A DNA stretch of 64,000 nucleotides from Desulfomonilia bacterium (GTDB lineage Bacteria; Desulfobacterota; Desulfomonilia; UBA1062), in the NCBI GenBank assembly GCA_963664325.2, contig CAXXDQ010000005.1, positions 96,001-160,000 of the forward strand, written 5' to 3'. The translations under genes and the position numbers were made by a program. The first letter of the stretch is position 1. Every line of letters starts with the position of its first letter. The notes beneath the pieces are model-generated. The model was not told the origin of the DNA, ran no database searches, and was given only the letters and a program-made list of their open reading frames with translations. Positions 49,757 to 59,672 of the stretch are shown here, in pieces.

Positions 49757-50552
49757 GGACTACAGGGACAGGTTCCGCGTTAAATCATCAAAAAAGAAAG
49801 TCTTCAGGATCAATACCTTTCTGAGGGTGTTCATCTGGTCGAGCCTGGGACTGTCCTGTGCCATACTGATATTCTGCGCCGTTGCATATATCTCCAGCAG
49901 CAAGATTTTCAACATAAAGAATATTACGATCAGGGGGTGTTCATATCTAAGGCAGGAGGAGATACTGGCGCTGCTTGACATCGAAAAGGGCGATGGAATT
50001 TTCAAGGCCGACCTTGCCGCAGCAAGGAACAGGCTGAAGGAGCATCCATGGATTGAGGACCTGACGATCTCTAGAAGATTACTGCCTGCCACGGTTGTCG
50101 TTACGGTAAAGGAACAGGTGCCTGCAGCTGCAATAAACATAAATGAAAAATGGTATGTGGCAAACTCTAAAGGAAAAATATTTGCCCCATTGCCAAAGGG
50201 GTTTAACGGTCTTATCATAAGGTCAGTTGGTTATGTTCCAAGCGCTAACGAAATGGGTGAAATCCTTACGAGGTGCATGGCCGCAAACAGGCTTCTGGCC
50301 TCAAAAAAATTAAATATTGAAAGTATAGAAATTGAGTCGTGTAAACGGATGACAATAAGACTTAAAACAGGTATAGGTATAACAACCTTGGGAGAGATAA
50401 CTCCGGCCAAACTAGATACCGCTCTGTATGTCATACAGGAAGTCGGGCCGAACCCTGGGACCATGCTTGATTTAAGCTGTGAAGACAAGATTGTTTTGCA
50501 TAACCCCCCCAAGGAGGAGGAGTTTAAAACGAGTGGCGGCCAAAAGGGATAG
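49749..50552 (+). CDS. ftsQ: Cell division protein FtsQ/DivIB
   Basis: TM plus POTRA (FNIKNITIRG...PWIE...R.LP); precedes ftsA. Confidence 0.88.
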   Translation: MLKDYRDRFRVKSSKKKVFRINTFLRVFIWSSLGLSCAILIFCAVAYISSSKIFNIKNITIRGCSYLRQEEILALLDIEKGDGIFKADLAAARNRLKEHPWIEDLTISRRLLPATVVVTVKEQVPAAAININEKWYVANSKGKIFAPLPKGFNGLIIRSVGYVPSANEMGEILTRCMAANRLLASKKLNIESIEIESCKRMTIRLKTGIGITTLGEITPAKLDTALYVIQEVGPNPGTMLDLSCEDKIVLHNPPKEEEFKTSGGQKG

Positions 50553-51759
50553 AATTATAGTTGGTCTTGATATTGGGACGACAAAGATATGCTGTCTCAT
50601 TACAGAGCGGAGGGAAAGCTCGCTGGAAGTGACAGGTTTCGGACAGTCGGAATCGATGGGACTGAGAAGGGGCCTTGTCGTCAACATGGAACAGACAGTG
50701 GAGGCCATACGCCGGGCCGTTGAAGATGCGGAGAAAATGGCGGGTATCAGGATCGACGATGTCTATACGGGCATTGCAGGCGGCCATATCCAGGGGATCA
50801 GCACAAACGGTGTCATTGCGATCAAGGGAGAGGAAATAACCGAAACAGACAAGAAACGCGTGGTGGACCAGGCAAAGGATTTTGCAAAACCTGTAGGCGT
50901 CGAGATAATACATGTACTTCCCCAGGAGTTTACGGTTGATGATATTCCAGGCGTAACGGATCCCGTCGGAATGGCCGGCACGAGGCTTGAGGCAAAGGTT
51001 CATATTGTCACCGGGTCTGTCTCCGCAGTCAGCAATATCTCAAAATGCGCACAGAAAGCCGGGCTCGGGCTGCATGACATAGTACTTCAGCAGATCGCAT
51101 CCGCCCAGGCCGTTCTGACACCTGACGAACGCAAACTGGGAGTTGTACTGATGGATATAGGCGGCGGGACAACCGACATAGCCATATTCAATGACGGTGC
51201 AATCAGGCATACGGCCGTCATCCCGCTTGGCGGCGATCATGTTACAAATGACATCGCCGTCGGATTAAGGACTCCCATTGCTGAGGCGGAAAGGATTAAG
51301 ATAAAATACGGTCATGCCATTTCATCAAAAGTACCCCAGGATGAGCATATAGAGGTTCCGTCCATAGGGGGTGACACTGTCAATAATATACCCAGAAGGC
51401 ATCTGTGCGAAATTATTGAGGACAGAATGGTCGAGTTCATGAAAATAGCCTATACCGAAGTGAGAAATACGGGGCTTGCGGAAGACATGCACGCAGGGCT
51501 TGTCATTACGGGAGGCGCCAGCTGTCTTGAAGGGCTTGCACAGCTTGCCGAGGGCATAATGCATATGCCGGTTCGCATCGGAAAGCCAAGAGGGGCGAAA
51601 GGCCTTGCCGAACTTGTTGACAATCCTGCTTATGCAACGGTTGTAGGACTGTGCCTTTACGGAACAGAAAGCCCGGCTTTTTCAGGAGGGTTTTCAGGTG
51701 AAGGCATCTTCGAAAAGATTTGGGAAAGGATGATCCGCTGGTTCAAAGAGGTTTTTTAA
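50533..51759 (+). CDS. ftsA: Cell division protein FtsA
   Basis: GLDIGTTKI, DIGGGTTD, GGDHVTNDI, AERIKIKYG; GTG start. Confidence 0.96.
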   Translation: MAAKRDRIIVGLDIGTTKICCLITERRESSLEVTGFGQSESMGLRRGLVVNMEQTVEAIRRAVEDAEKMAGIRIDDVYTGIAGGHIQGISTNGVIAIKGEEITETDKKRVVDQAKDFAKPVGVEIIHVLPQEFTVDDIPGVTDPVGMAGTRLEAKVHIVTGSVSAVSNISKCAQKAGLGLHDIVLQQIASAQAVLTPDERKLGVVLMDIGGGTTDIAIFNDGAIRHTAVIPLGGDHVTNDIAVGLRTPIAEAERIKIKYGHAISSKVPQDEHIEVPSIGGDTVNNIPRRHLCEIIEDRMVEFMKIAYTEVRNTGLAEDMHAGLVITGGASCLEGLAQLAEGIMHMPVRIGKPRGAKGLAELVDNPAYATVVGLCLYGTESPAFSGGFSGEGIFEKIWERMIRWFKEVF

Positions 51760-51776
51760 ATAAATAAGGAGGAGAT

Positions 51777-52940
51777 ATGTTCGTATTGGAAGAAGTCGAG
51801 CAGTCTGGGGCTAGGATCAAGGTCATAGGTGTGGGTGGCTGCGGATGCAACGCGGTAAACAACATGATCGACAGTAACATCAAGGGTGTTGAATTTCTGG
51901 CTTGTAATACGGACTCCCAGACACTCAAAAAATCCCTGTCAGCAAACCGGGTTCAAATCGGCTCGAAGCTCCTTAAAGGCATGGGGGCCGGGGGAAATCC
52001 TGATACCGGGAAAAGTGCGGCAAGTGAGAGTGAAGATGAAATCAGGGAAGCCCTTAAAGGTGCAGATATGGTTTTTATTGCGACAGGACTCGGCGGCGGC
52101 ACAGGGACAGGGGCATCGCCTACAGTTGCCAGAATAGCCCGCGAAATGGGGGCGCTGACCGTTGCTGTTGCTACAAAACCTTTTGAATTTGAAGGACCGC
52201 GCAAGATGAAGCTGGCCCTTTCAGGCGAAAAGGACCTCTCCGAAAATGTCGATGCAATTATTACAATCCCCAACAACAGGCTTCTCGGACTTGATGCAAA
52301 GGGTGTCCCGATTATGGAGGCATTCAGGAAGTCTGATGAGATTTTAACCAATGCGGTAAAGGGCATATCCGACCTTATAAATACGACCGGTGTAGTCAAT
52401 GTGGATTTCAACGATGTCAAATCCGTCATGTGCGAAAAGGGCAAGGCCCTTATGGGGATCGGTTCGGCATCCGGAGAAAACAGGGCGGCAGAGGCTGCAA
52501 ATCTGGCCATATCAAGCCCCTTGCTGGAAGATGTGGATATTTCGGGGGCGAAAGGGATACTTCTCAACATTACAGGTGACCCTACGGTTACAATAAGGGA
52601 AATCAACGAGGCGTCAAAGATAATACAGGCATATGCGCATGAGGATGCAAACATCATCTGGGGATTTGTCGTTGATGAGGATATGGCCGATGAGTTCAAT
52701 CTTATGGTCATTGCAACCGGGTATGCGAACAAGACGGCTATAAAGATGAAGGATGACAGGGAAGTCGACAACGTGAGGGTTCTTCAGCCCAGGGTAATCG
52801 ACTATAACACACCGACCTATATCAGGAACAAGGAGAAGAAGGAAAAGGAAGTCATAAAAATGGGTATGGTTGTTGATGATACCATGGTTGATATGGAAGC
52901 ATACAACATACCCACTTTTCTGAGGAAGAAAGCAGACTAG
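51777..52940 (+). CDS. ftsZ: Cell division protein FtsZ
   Basis: IKVIGVGG, GGGTGTG, NVDFND, C-terminal IPTFLRK. Confidence 0.98.
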   Translation: MFVLEEVEQSGARIKVIGVGGCGCNAVNNMIDSNIKGVEFLACNTDSQTLKKSLSANRVQIGSKLLKGMGAGGNPDTGKSAASESEDEIREALKGADMVFIATGLGGGTGTGASPTVARIAREMGALTVAVATKPFEFEGPRKMKLALSGEKDLSENVDAIITIPNNRLLGLDAKGVPIMEAFRKSDEILTNAVKGISDLINTTGVVNVDFNDVKSVMCEKGKALMGIGSASGENRAAEAANLAISSPLLEDVDISGAKGILLNITGDPTVTIREINEASKIIQAYAHEDANIIWGFVVDEDMADEFNLMVIATGYANKTAIKMKDDREVDNVRVLQPRVIDYNTPTYIRNKEKKEKEVIKMGMVVDDTMVDMEAYNIPTFLRKKAD

Positions 52941-52947
52941 GAGAGGT

Positions 52948-54069
52948 ATGCGACCGACCAGGGTTGAGATTGACCTAGGCGCTATAAGCCATAATCTGAC
53001 ACAGATCAGGAGGCTTACCGGTGTAAGCATCATGATGGTGATAAAGGCGGATGCCTATGGCCACGGTGCCCATGAGGTCGGACGGCTTGTCGAAAGGGAA
53101 CAGCTTGCAGATATGCTGGGAGTTGCGAGCATCGAGGAGGGGATCGACCTCAGAGACGCCGGTGTTACGCTTCCTGTTCTTGTATTCACGCTTGTCGATA
53201 AAACAAAAGAGGATATAGACGCCCTGTTTGAATACCGCCTTACCCCTACTATAACTGACAATTACCACTTCGAAGCGATGGTAGCCGGGGCCAGGAGATG
53301 GGGCAGGCCCATGAATGTTCATTTGAAAACAGACACGGGCATGGGACGCCTTGGGCTCCCTCCGGAGGAGTCCCTTGATGTATTGAACAGCCTTTCCGGG
53401 ATTAACGAGATAAAGGTCTCGGGCATATACACGCATTTCCCCATTTCCGATTCGCCGGACCGGGAATTTACAAAAGAGCAGATATTCGCATTCCAGCAGA
53501 TAATAGACAAGGCCAAATTTCTGGGCAGGGACATCGAATATACTCATTGCGCCAATTCCGGTGCGATTGCCGATCATCCCCATTCTTATATGAATATGGT
53601 AAGGCCCGGTATCCTTTGCTACGGGCTTTACCCGTCACCCGCATGTACAAGAAAGCTGGATGTTATCCCGGCGATGACCATGAAATCAGGTATAATCTTC
53701 ATCAAGCGGGTCAAAAAGGGGACGGGACTTTCTTACGGCCTGACATATAAAACAAGCCGTGATGCATATATCGCCACAATACCTGTGGGTTATGCCGACG
53801 GATACATGAGGTCTTTGTCAAACAAAACGAATGTCGTAATCGATGGAAAGAAATACCCTGTTGTGGGAAGGATTAGCATGGATCTGTGCCTCGTTGAACT
53901 TGGCGATGATGTCTATCCTGTCGGCCACGAGGTTATAATGTTCGGCAAGGAGACCATTACTGCCGAAGATTTGGCCTTGTGGGCAGAGACCGTACCTTAT
54001 GAGATTATATGCAACATGAACAGAAGGGTACCCCGGACATATACAGGGGAAGAGCCATGCGATATATGA
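52948..54069 (+). CDS. alr: Alanine racemase
   Basis: VIKADAYGHG, DTGMGRLG, VRPG, GYADG, GRISMD. Confidence 0.96.
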   Translation: MRPTRVEIDLGAISHNLTQIRRLTGVSIMMVIKADAYGHGAHEVGRLVEREQLADMLGVASIEEGIDLRDAGVTLPVLVFTLVDKTKEDIDALFEYRLTPTITDNYHFEAMVAGARRWGRPMNVHLKTDTGMGRLGLPPEESLDVLNSLSGINEIKVSGIYTHFPISDSPDREFTKEQIFAFQQIIDKAKFLGRDIEYTHCANSGAIADHPHSYMNMVRPGILCYGLYPSPACTRKLDVIPAMTMKSGIIFIKRVKKGTGLSYGLTYKTSRDAYIATIPVGYADGYMRSLSNKTNVVIDGKKYPVVGRISMDLCLVELGDDVYPVGHEVIMFGKETITAEDLALWAETVPYEIICNMNRRVPRTYTGEEPCDI

Positions 54070-54353
54070 AGGTGCTTATTGTTGTCCTTATTATCGCATC
54101 GGTCATGATTTTCGGTATACATAATCCCCAGGCCTATACACTTTCATTCCTCTCTTTCAGGCTGGTCTCGGGAATTCCCTTGTGGTCATTGCTGATGCTC
54201 TCTTTTTTTGCAGGAATGCTGCCCATTATCATTGTCAGTTTCCCGGAAAAGGCCGCTTTCTTTAAAAATATGAAGGAGTTGAACCTGAAAAAGAAAAATA
54301 TTGAAAAATCCCTGAAAACCCTCAATGCTGCAAAACCGAGTGCAGGAGCCTGA
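54057..54353 (+). CDS. LapA-like small membrane protein
   Basis: F..HN....L.F....IPLW.L....F..G pattern, two TMs and a coiled tail. Confidence 0.65.
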   Translation: MRYMKVLIVVLIIASVMIFGIHNPQAYTLSFLSFRLVSGIPLWSLLMLSFFAGMLPIIIVSFPEKAAFFKNMKELNLKKKNIEKSLKTLNAAKPSAGA

Positions 54354-54942
54354 AAGAGGATTTCATAAAATTAAACACTTTTTTGGGCAGCCACAGAGAA
54401 CTTAAAAAGCAGCCGAACTTCATGGCCCTTGTTTCCGTACACGTTAAAAGTTCCGGGGTAATCTTTCCCTTGATTTTCAGCATGCCGAACCAGTCGAGAC
54501 GGCTTAGCAGCTTTTTTAACGTCCTGGGCCGGGGGATGTATAACGACGGGGAAAAGTCTATCAGATAAGGCATGCCTGTTTCGTCAATTCCGTAATTCCT
54601 CCGGTTGCGCATGTCAATATGTACGACATCCCTTTCATGCATTCGTGAGATGATTTCGCCGAGTTTTTCATAATATGACTGATCCGGCACCCTGGAGGTT
54701 TCCCTCAGATTTGTCCCTCCCATGAATGATATGTGCAGGGAGTATATATCCGGCCTGCCAATAAAGCGGGGGATCCCTTCAATGCCGTTTAACTTTGAAT
54801 ATATGAAAGATTCCCAGAAGATGAACAGGGAGCCGATCAATCTTAAAGGCAGTGCCTTATTCCTGTAGGTTTTTTCAACCACCCCTTCATCGGTAATGTG
54901 GACATCAGGACTGTATCTCTGTCTCTGTTTAAGTTTTGTCAT
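54322..54942 (-). CDS. RIO/Kdo-kinase-like protein kinase fold protein
   Basis: GIPRF, H..DVVHIDM....N, PYLIDF. Confidence 0.75.
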   Translation of the reverse strand: MTKLKQRQRYSPDVHITDEGVVEKTYRNKALPLRLIGSLFIFWESFIYSKLNGIEGIPRFIGRPDIYSLHISFMGGTNLRETSRVPDQSYYEKLGEIISRMHERDVVHIDMRNRRNYGIDETGMPYLIDFSPSLYIPRPRTLKKLLSRLDWFGMLKIKGKITPELLTCTETRAMKFGCFLSSLWLPKKVFNFMKSSFRLLHSVLQH

Positions 54943-55039
54943 TTTTCTTTAGTAAAAACTAACATCCGTCATGAGATAATGCAAGAATAAGGCTTCATAA
55001 TAATTCAAATTTATTTCTACAAGTGATAAGAGATGATCA

Positions 55040-56983
55040 ATGAAAGCGAAGGGCGCTATTATCTGGAATGAAAAGGGTTATGCGTTTCTTGTAAGGGACG
55101 ACGGCAGGGAGGATGTCTTTCTAAGGGCCGCCGACCTTTGCGGGGCCATGCACGGCGATATTGTCGAAGCCAGGATATTCAGGCAGGGCAGAGGGTTCAG
55201 GGGTTGCGTAACCAGCGTGCTGAAGCGCGAAAACCTCAGGATATCTGGCAGGTATGTCCGCTTTAAAAAATCGGGCATGATTGAACCTTCAAAACCGATA
55301 CCTTATACGGTCATCGTGCCCAGGGGTTGTGAAAGAGGTGCCAGGCACGGGGATATGGTCACTGCATTAATTACACCCCCGAAGGGACCAGGCCGCATCG
55401 ATTCGTTTACGGCAAGGATCACGGGTATCCTGGATATGCCTGATGATATCAGGGATGACCTCAGATATGTCATAACCAAATATTCACTGCCCGCGGGCTT
55501 TTCGGAAGAAGCCAGGGCAGAGGCCGAGGAAGCTTCATGCACGGATTTTAATGAATATATGATAAGGCGGGTTGATCTGAGGGACAAGGTCTTGTTTACG
55601 ATTGACGGCAAGAATGCCCGGGACTTTGACGATGCCGTCGGAATAGAAAGGCTTGATGAGAGGAATTTCCTTTTAAGGGTTGCGATTGCGGATGTTGCCG
55701 AGCTTGTTAAGACCGGCTCTGCTCTTGACAGGGAGGCTCTTGACAGGGGTTTCAGCGTATATTTCCCGGAAACATGCCTGCCGATGCTGCCGGAGGAGCT
55801 GTCAAACGGTGTTCTCAGCCTCAAGCCCGGTGAGAACCGGCTGGCCGTAGTTGCAGAGATGAAGCTCGGTCCCCGGGGGAGACTTATTTCAACAAAATGC
55901 TACGAGGCCGTTATCCGTTCAAGGGCAAGGCTTATGTACGAAACAGCTTCCCCGTATCTTGAGGGCAGGGCAGGAGAGCCTGCCAGTGATAAAGAAGTGA
56001 ACAAATCGCTTAAGATGCTGAACATGCTCGCAGGTCATCTTATGAGAGCCCGGAAAAAAGCCGGGAGCCTTGATTTCGACCTGCCTGAAGTGGAGATCGA
56101 AATATCCGAAAACGGCCATGTCGAGGACATATCCAAAAGGCCAAGGGGACCTGCCGAACGGCTGATAGAGGAAATGATGCTGCTGGCGAACAGGGCGGTA
56201 TGCGCCTATCTGAAAGAACGCGGAATGCCGGTGCTTTTCAGGGTGCATGACAAGCCGGCGGAGGCTGATATCGATGGACTGGTCGAAATCCTTAATGATA
56301 TCGGTTGTGCAAAGGCTCTCACCGGAAGGCTGTCGCAAGCGGGAGCCTCAGGCAGGCATCTGAACAGGCTGCTGAACGAGATTGCGGATGCATACAGGGG
56401 CCATGACCTTGAATTGTTCGTGCACAGGCACATCCTGCGCTCGCTGAGACAGGCCGAGTATTCGGCACTTGACATCGGACATTTCGGTCTGGGTTTTACA
56501 GGCTACCTGCATTTCACTTCACCTATCAGGCGTTACTCGGACCTTATTGTTCACAGGGTTTTAAAAAGCGTTATCCGGCCGGAAGGTTTACAGGATAAGG
56601 AAAAATCGAGATATGCAAAGCTGATTAAGAAACTTGCACCCGTTTTAAGCAAAAAGGAGCGCACGACGAATGAAGCCATGATGGAAGCGGTCAAGCTGAA
56701 GACAGCTTCTTTCATGAAGCGTCATATCGGAGAGAGCTTCGAAGGTATTGTAACGGGCATATTGCCGTTCGGGTTTTTTGTGGAAATTGCAGACCCTCCT
56801 GTCGACGGTCTGGTAAGGGCGGCGGATATCCCTGGCGCAAGAATATCCGAAGGCCGTGAAGTCAGGATAAAAAAACTCCATATTTCAATGGGCGATAAAG
56901 TTGATGTGCTGATTGCCGGAGTCGATGAAACCAAGGGATTTATAGATATGAAATTAGCTGATCTGAGCCTTCACAGAACTTAA
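55040..56983 (+). CDS. rnr: Ribonuclease R (RNB family)
   Basis: GYAF..D.F, FTIDGKNARDFDDA, LIEEMMLLAN, HFTSPIRRYSDL, C-terminal S1. Confidence 0.92.
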   Translation: MKAKGAIIWNEKGYAFLVRDDGREDVFLRAADLCGAMHGDIVEARIFRQGRGFRGCVTSVLKRENLRISGRYVRFKKSGMIEPSKPIPYTVIVPRGCERGARHGDMVTALITPPKGPGRIDSFTARITGILDMPDDIRDDLRYVITKYSLPAGFSEEARAEAEEASCTDFNEYMIRRVDLRDKVLFTIDGKNARDFDDAVGIERLDERNFLLRVAIADVAELVKTGSALDREALDRGFSVYFPETCLPMLPEELSNGVLSLKPGENRLAVVAEMKLGPRGRLISTKCYEAVIRSRARLMYETASPYLEGRAGEPASDKEVNKSLKMLNMLAGHLMRARKKAGSLDFDLPEVEIEISENGHVEDISKRPRGPAERLIEEMMLLANRAVCAYLKERGMPVLFRVHDKPAEADIDGLVEILNDIGCAKALTGRLSQAGASGRHLNRLLNEIADAYRGHDLELFVHRHILRSLRQAEYSALDIGHFGLGFTGYLHFTSPIRRYSDLIVHRVLKSVIRPEGLQDKEKSRYAKLIKKLAPVLSKKERTTNEAMMEAVKLKTASFMKRHIGESFEGIVTGILPFGFFVEIADPPVDGLVRAADIPGARISEGREVRIKKLHISMGDKVDVLIAGVDETKGFIDMKLADLSLHRT

Positions 56984-57116
56984 AGTGTACCCGGGTTGCC
57001 TGATTGATTAAACTTCAATTGGTATGGGATCATAAAAGTATTTAACTCTTAAACTGAATAAATGGTTTGATTAGGCATATTAAAACAAATAAACAAAATC
57101 AATATTGGAGGTTGCG

Positions 57117-57422
57117 ATGCTGATTGTGGTTGCCAGAATGATTGCAAAGGCTGGAAAAGAAAATGAGATGGAAGAAGCCCTTCGTGCCATTATCCCGAAG
57201 GTGGAGTCCGAGGAAGGAACTTTGGCCTATGTCCTTCACCGCATGAAAAAGAAGCCGCAAAATTTTCTCATGTATGAAAAATACAGAGACAAGGAAGCAT
57301 TGGCGCTTCACAGTTCAACACCATATTTTGCGGAGCTTTTCGGGAAGATAGCGCCTTTAATGGATGGTGACCCGGCTATTGAAGTCTATGAGGTGCTTTC
57401 ATCCATCAAAGAAAAAGGCTAG
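57117..57422 (+). CDS. Antibiotic biosynthesis monooxygenase (YgiN-like) protein
   Basis: AKAGKE, EEGTLAY.L, F.MYEKY.D..AL..H..TPYF; GGAGG RBS. Confidence 0.9.
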   Translation: MLIVVARMIAKAGKENEMEEALRAIIPKVESEEGTLAYVLHRMKKKPQNFLMYEKYRDKEALALHSSTPYFAELFGKIAPLMDGDPAIEVYEVLSSIKEKG

Positions 57423-57911
57423 GATCTCGATTGTAAAGGCATAGATAAACAAGCAGTCTGGAAAATATCAGGCATCAGATGCATTAACCTGCACCGGTTC
57501 CGGTTGCACTCAAAAGGAAGGTGCCGGTATGCCGATGGCGGCTGCCGATCTGTTGCGCCTGACCTGTCCCGGTCCATGACAGGGAGATGCTCTTCTCTTC
57601 GGAAGATGCGGCTGGACTATATGCTTACAGGTACAGCCGCATCGAAATCTTGATAAGAGCCAATACGGGAATGCTCCCTGCAATATGATATTTATTTGGA
57701 AATCAACTTGATCACTTGATAATCATGTTGGTTGGAATATAATAAAAATACTTGCAGCCCGGTGAAGATAAAATTTCGAAATTGCAGGAACGTCTCCATG
57801 TATTCCTCATCAGGAATAGGCCTCATGCGGATTTTGTGTAACAGCGGTGTAGTGTCTGAGCTCGATATTAGGATCCGGCAGGAAAAAAGTGTATGTCAAA
57901 GGGGTGAATGT

Positions 57912-58349
57912 ATGAAGAAAAGGAATATCGCCAAATGGACCCTGGCTGTTCTTGCTGCTGTATTTGCTGTAATCCAGTTCGTGCCTGTGAACCGGACAAA
58001 CCCGCCTGTGGAATCAGATATGCAGTGTCCGGTAGAGGTAAAGGCGATTCTGCGGACTTCATGTTATGACTGCCATTCTCACGAAACAGTATGGCCCTGG
58101 TACAGCAAGGTGGCACCTGTCTCCTGGCTTGTTGCAAGCGATGCCAAAGAGGGCCGGCGCAAACTCGATTTTTCTACGTGGAACCGCTACAGACCGGAGA
58201 AGCAATCTGTCCTGATCTCTGATATGATGGATCAGATCAAAGAGGGCGAGATGCCGCCGGTGCCTTATACCTGGATGCACACCGGCTCCGTTCTCACCCC
58301 GGAAAAGCTGAGAGTTCTGGAGGCATGGGCTGATCAGAACAAGAAATAG
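57912..58349 (+). CDS. Haem-binding (Haem_bd-type) c-type cytochrome
   Basis: SCYDCHS.ET.WPWYS.VAP.SW, GEMPP..Y...H. Confidence 0.9.
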   Translation: MKKRNIAKWTLAVLAAVFAVIQFVPVNRTNPPVESDMQCPVEVKAILRTSCYDCHSHETVWPWYSKVAPVSWLVASDAKEGRRKLDFSTWNRYRPEKQSVLISDMMDQIKEGEMPPVPYTWMHTGSVLTPEKLRVLEAWADQNKK

Positions 58350-58577
58350 CGGTTAACAGCAAACGGAACGGCCTCGGATAATCAGGCTGGAGTGTTTCAG
58401 GAACCAGGCAGAGGTGTCTCTGAGAACATGATGTTCTGATTGAATAACTTGGCTGGGTGCTGATAGCGTTGGTGAAAATATATTAATGAAAAGGATTACA
58501 GCCCCGATTATGAAATATAGAAATAACAGGAATGTCCATGGAAATCCTCTGATAACGGAAAATCTTAACCCGCTTGA

Positions 58578-59450
58578 ATGATAAAAAAATTTGCGCTCCC
58601 CTTGCTGCTTGCCGTTGTTTTTTCCATTACCGGGTTAGGCGTATTTGCATATAAAACACAGATAAAATATCTGTTCCTTTTTTCCGGAATCGGAACGGCT
58701 ACGGCTTTAGGGGCATGCCTGTTCATTTTGATTCCCGGAAAGAAGCAAGCGATTCGAAGGATTATACAGGCATGCATTGGCGGGACACTTTTTATCGGAT
58801 TGTCTCTGTATGGGAATGTGAATTTTCAGGCTTCACAAATCATTTTCGATCTGTCTGCCGGTGTTGTTGCCGGTGCACTCATACAGTTTCTGATTGCAAG
58901 AATAGTAATGCCGTTCTTTATAGGGAATGGATTTTGCTCCATGGCCTGCTGGGACGGGGCTGTTTTTGAACTTATCCAGAACAGGATACCGAAAGCGATA
59001 AAACCGCGAAAGAGAAGCAGTCTCGTGGCCTGGACATATCTGTTGGGTGTTGTTCTGCTGGCAACTGGTATTTCATTTGTTGGTAATCCTGCCATCCACG
59101 AATCCTACAGGCGGTACTGGATAATAGGGGAAAATATCATGATACTGGGACTGGGTGTTGGACTATCCAGTTTTTGGGGAAGCAGGGCCTATTGCAGATT
59201 TTTTTGCCCGTTCATTACGGTTTCAGGTTTACTTTCCCGGTTTTCCATTTTTAAGATCGCCCCGGTTAAATATGACAGCTGTACCGGTTGCGGTGTTTGC
59301 AATAAGGCCTGTCCCATGCTGGTGGATGTGAGGGATTCCGTTAAAAACAACCAGCGAATTTCTAACAGAACCTGTATTCTGTGCGAGAGATGTGTGGATG
59401 CATGTCCGGAAAAGTGCCTGAAATTAGCCCCTGATTTTCCATGGAAGTAG
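58578..59450 (+). CDS. Membrane 4Fe-4S binding protein (NapH/YccM-like)
   Basis: TM helices, FCSMAC, YCRFFCP, two CxxCxxCxxxCP motifs. Confidence 0.88.
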   Translation: MIKKFALPLLLAVVFSITGLGVFAYKTQIKYLFLFSGIGTATALGACLFILIPGKKQAIRRIIQACIGGTLFIGLSLYGNVNFQASQIIFDLSAGVVAGALIQFLIARIVMPFFIGNGFCSMACWDGAVFELIQNRIPKAIKPRKRSSLVAWTYLLGVVLLATGISFVGNPAIHESYRRYWIIGENIMILGLGVGLSSFWGSRAYCRFFCPFITVSGLLSRFSIFKIAPVKYDSCTGCGVCNKACPMLVDVRDSVKNNQRISNRTCILCERCVDACPEKCLKLAPDFPWK

Positions 59451-59609
59451 AAATACAAAACAGAAAAGTCTTTTAATAAGAGTTGTTCAATAATCAATTA
59501 ATGGTCTTTGGTATTAGTATTCAGGTCGGATTTGAAAGCACTTAGAGTTCTTCCGCCAGGCAAGTACGCTCCCAATGTTATTCGAATATGTCAGGGGATG
59601 TTCCAATAG

Positions 59610-59644
59610 AAAAGGGGCTGCCTTCGTCACGGAAGGCAGCCCCT
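59610..59644 (-). terminator. Intrinsic terminator of the clostripain-like gene
   Basis: aggggctgccttc-gtcacg-gaaggcagcccct stem, followed by a T-run on the minus strand. Confidence 0.8.
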
Positions 59645-59672
59645 GCAGGGCATAATTAAATGCTGCACGCCG

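Noticed and set aside
35396-53583. Many long antisense ORFs across the tol and dcw genes
   Set aside because: Expected shadows from codon bias in conserved genes; no RBS or motif support
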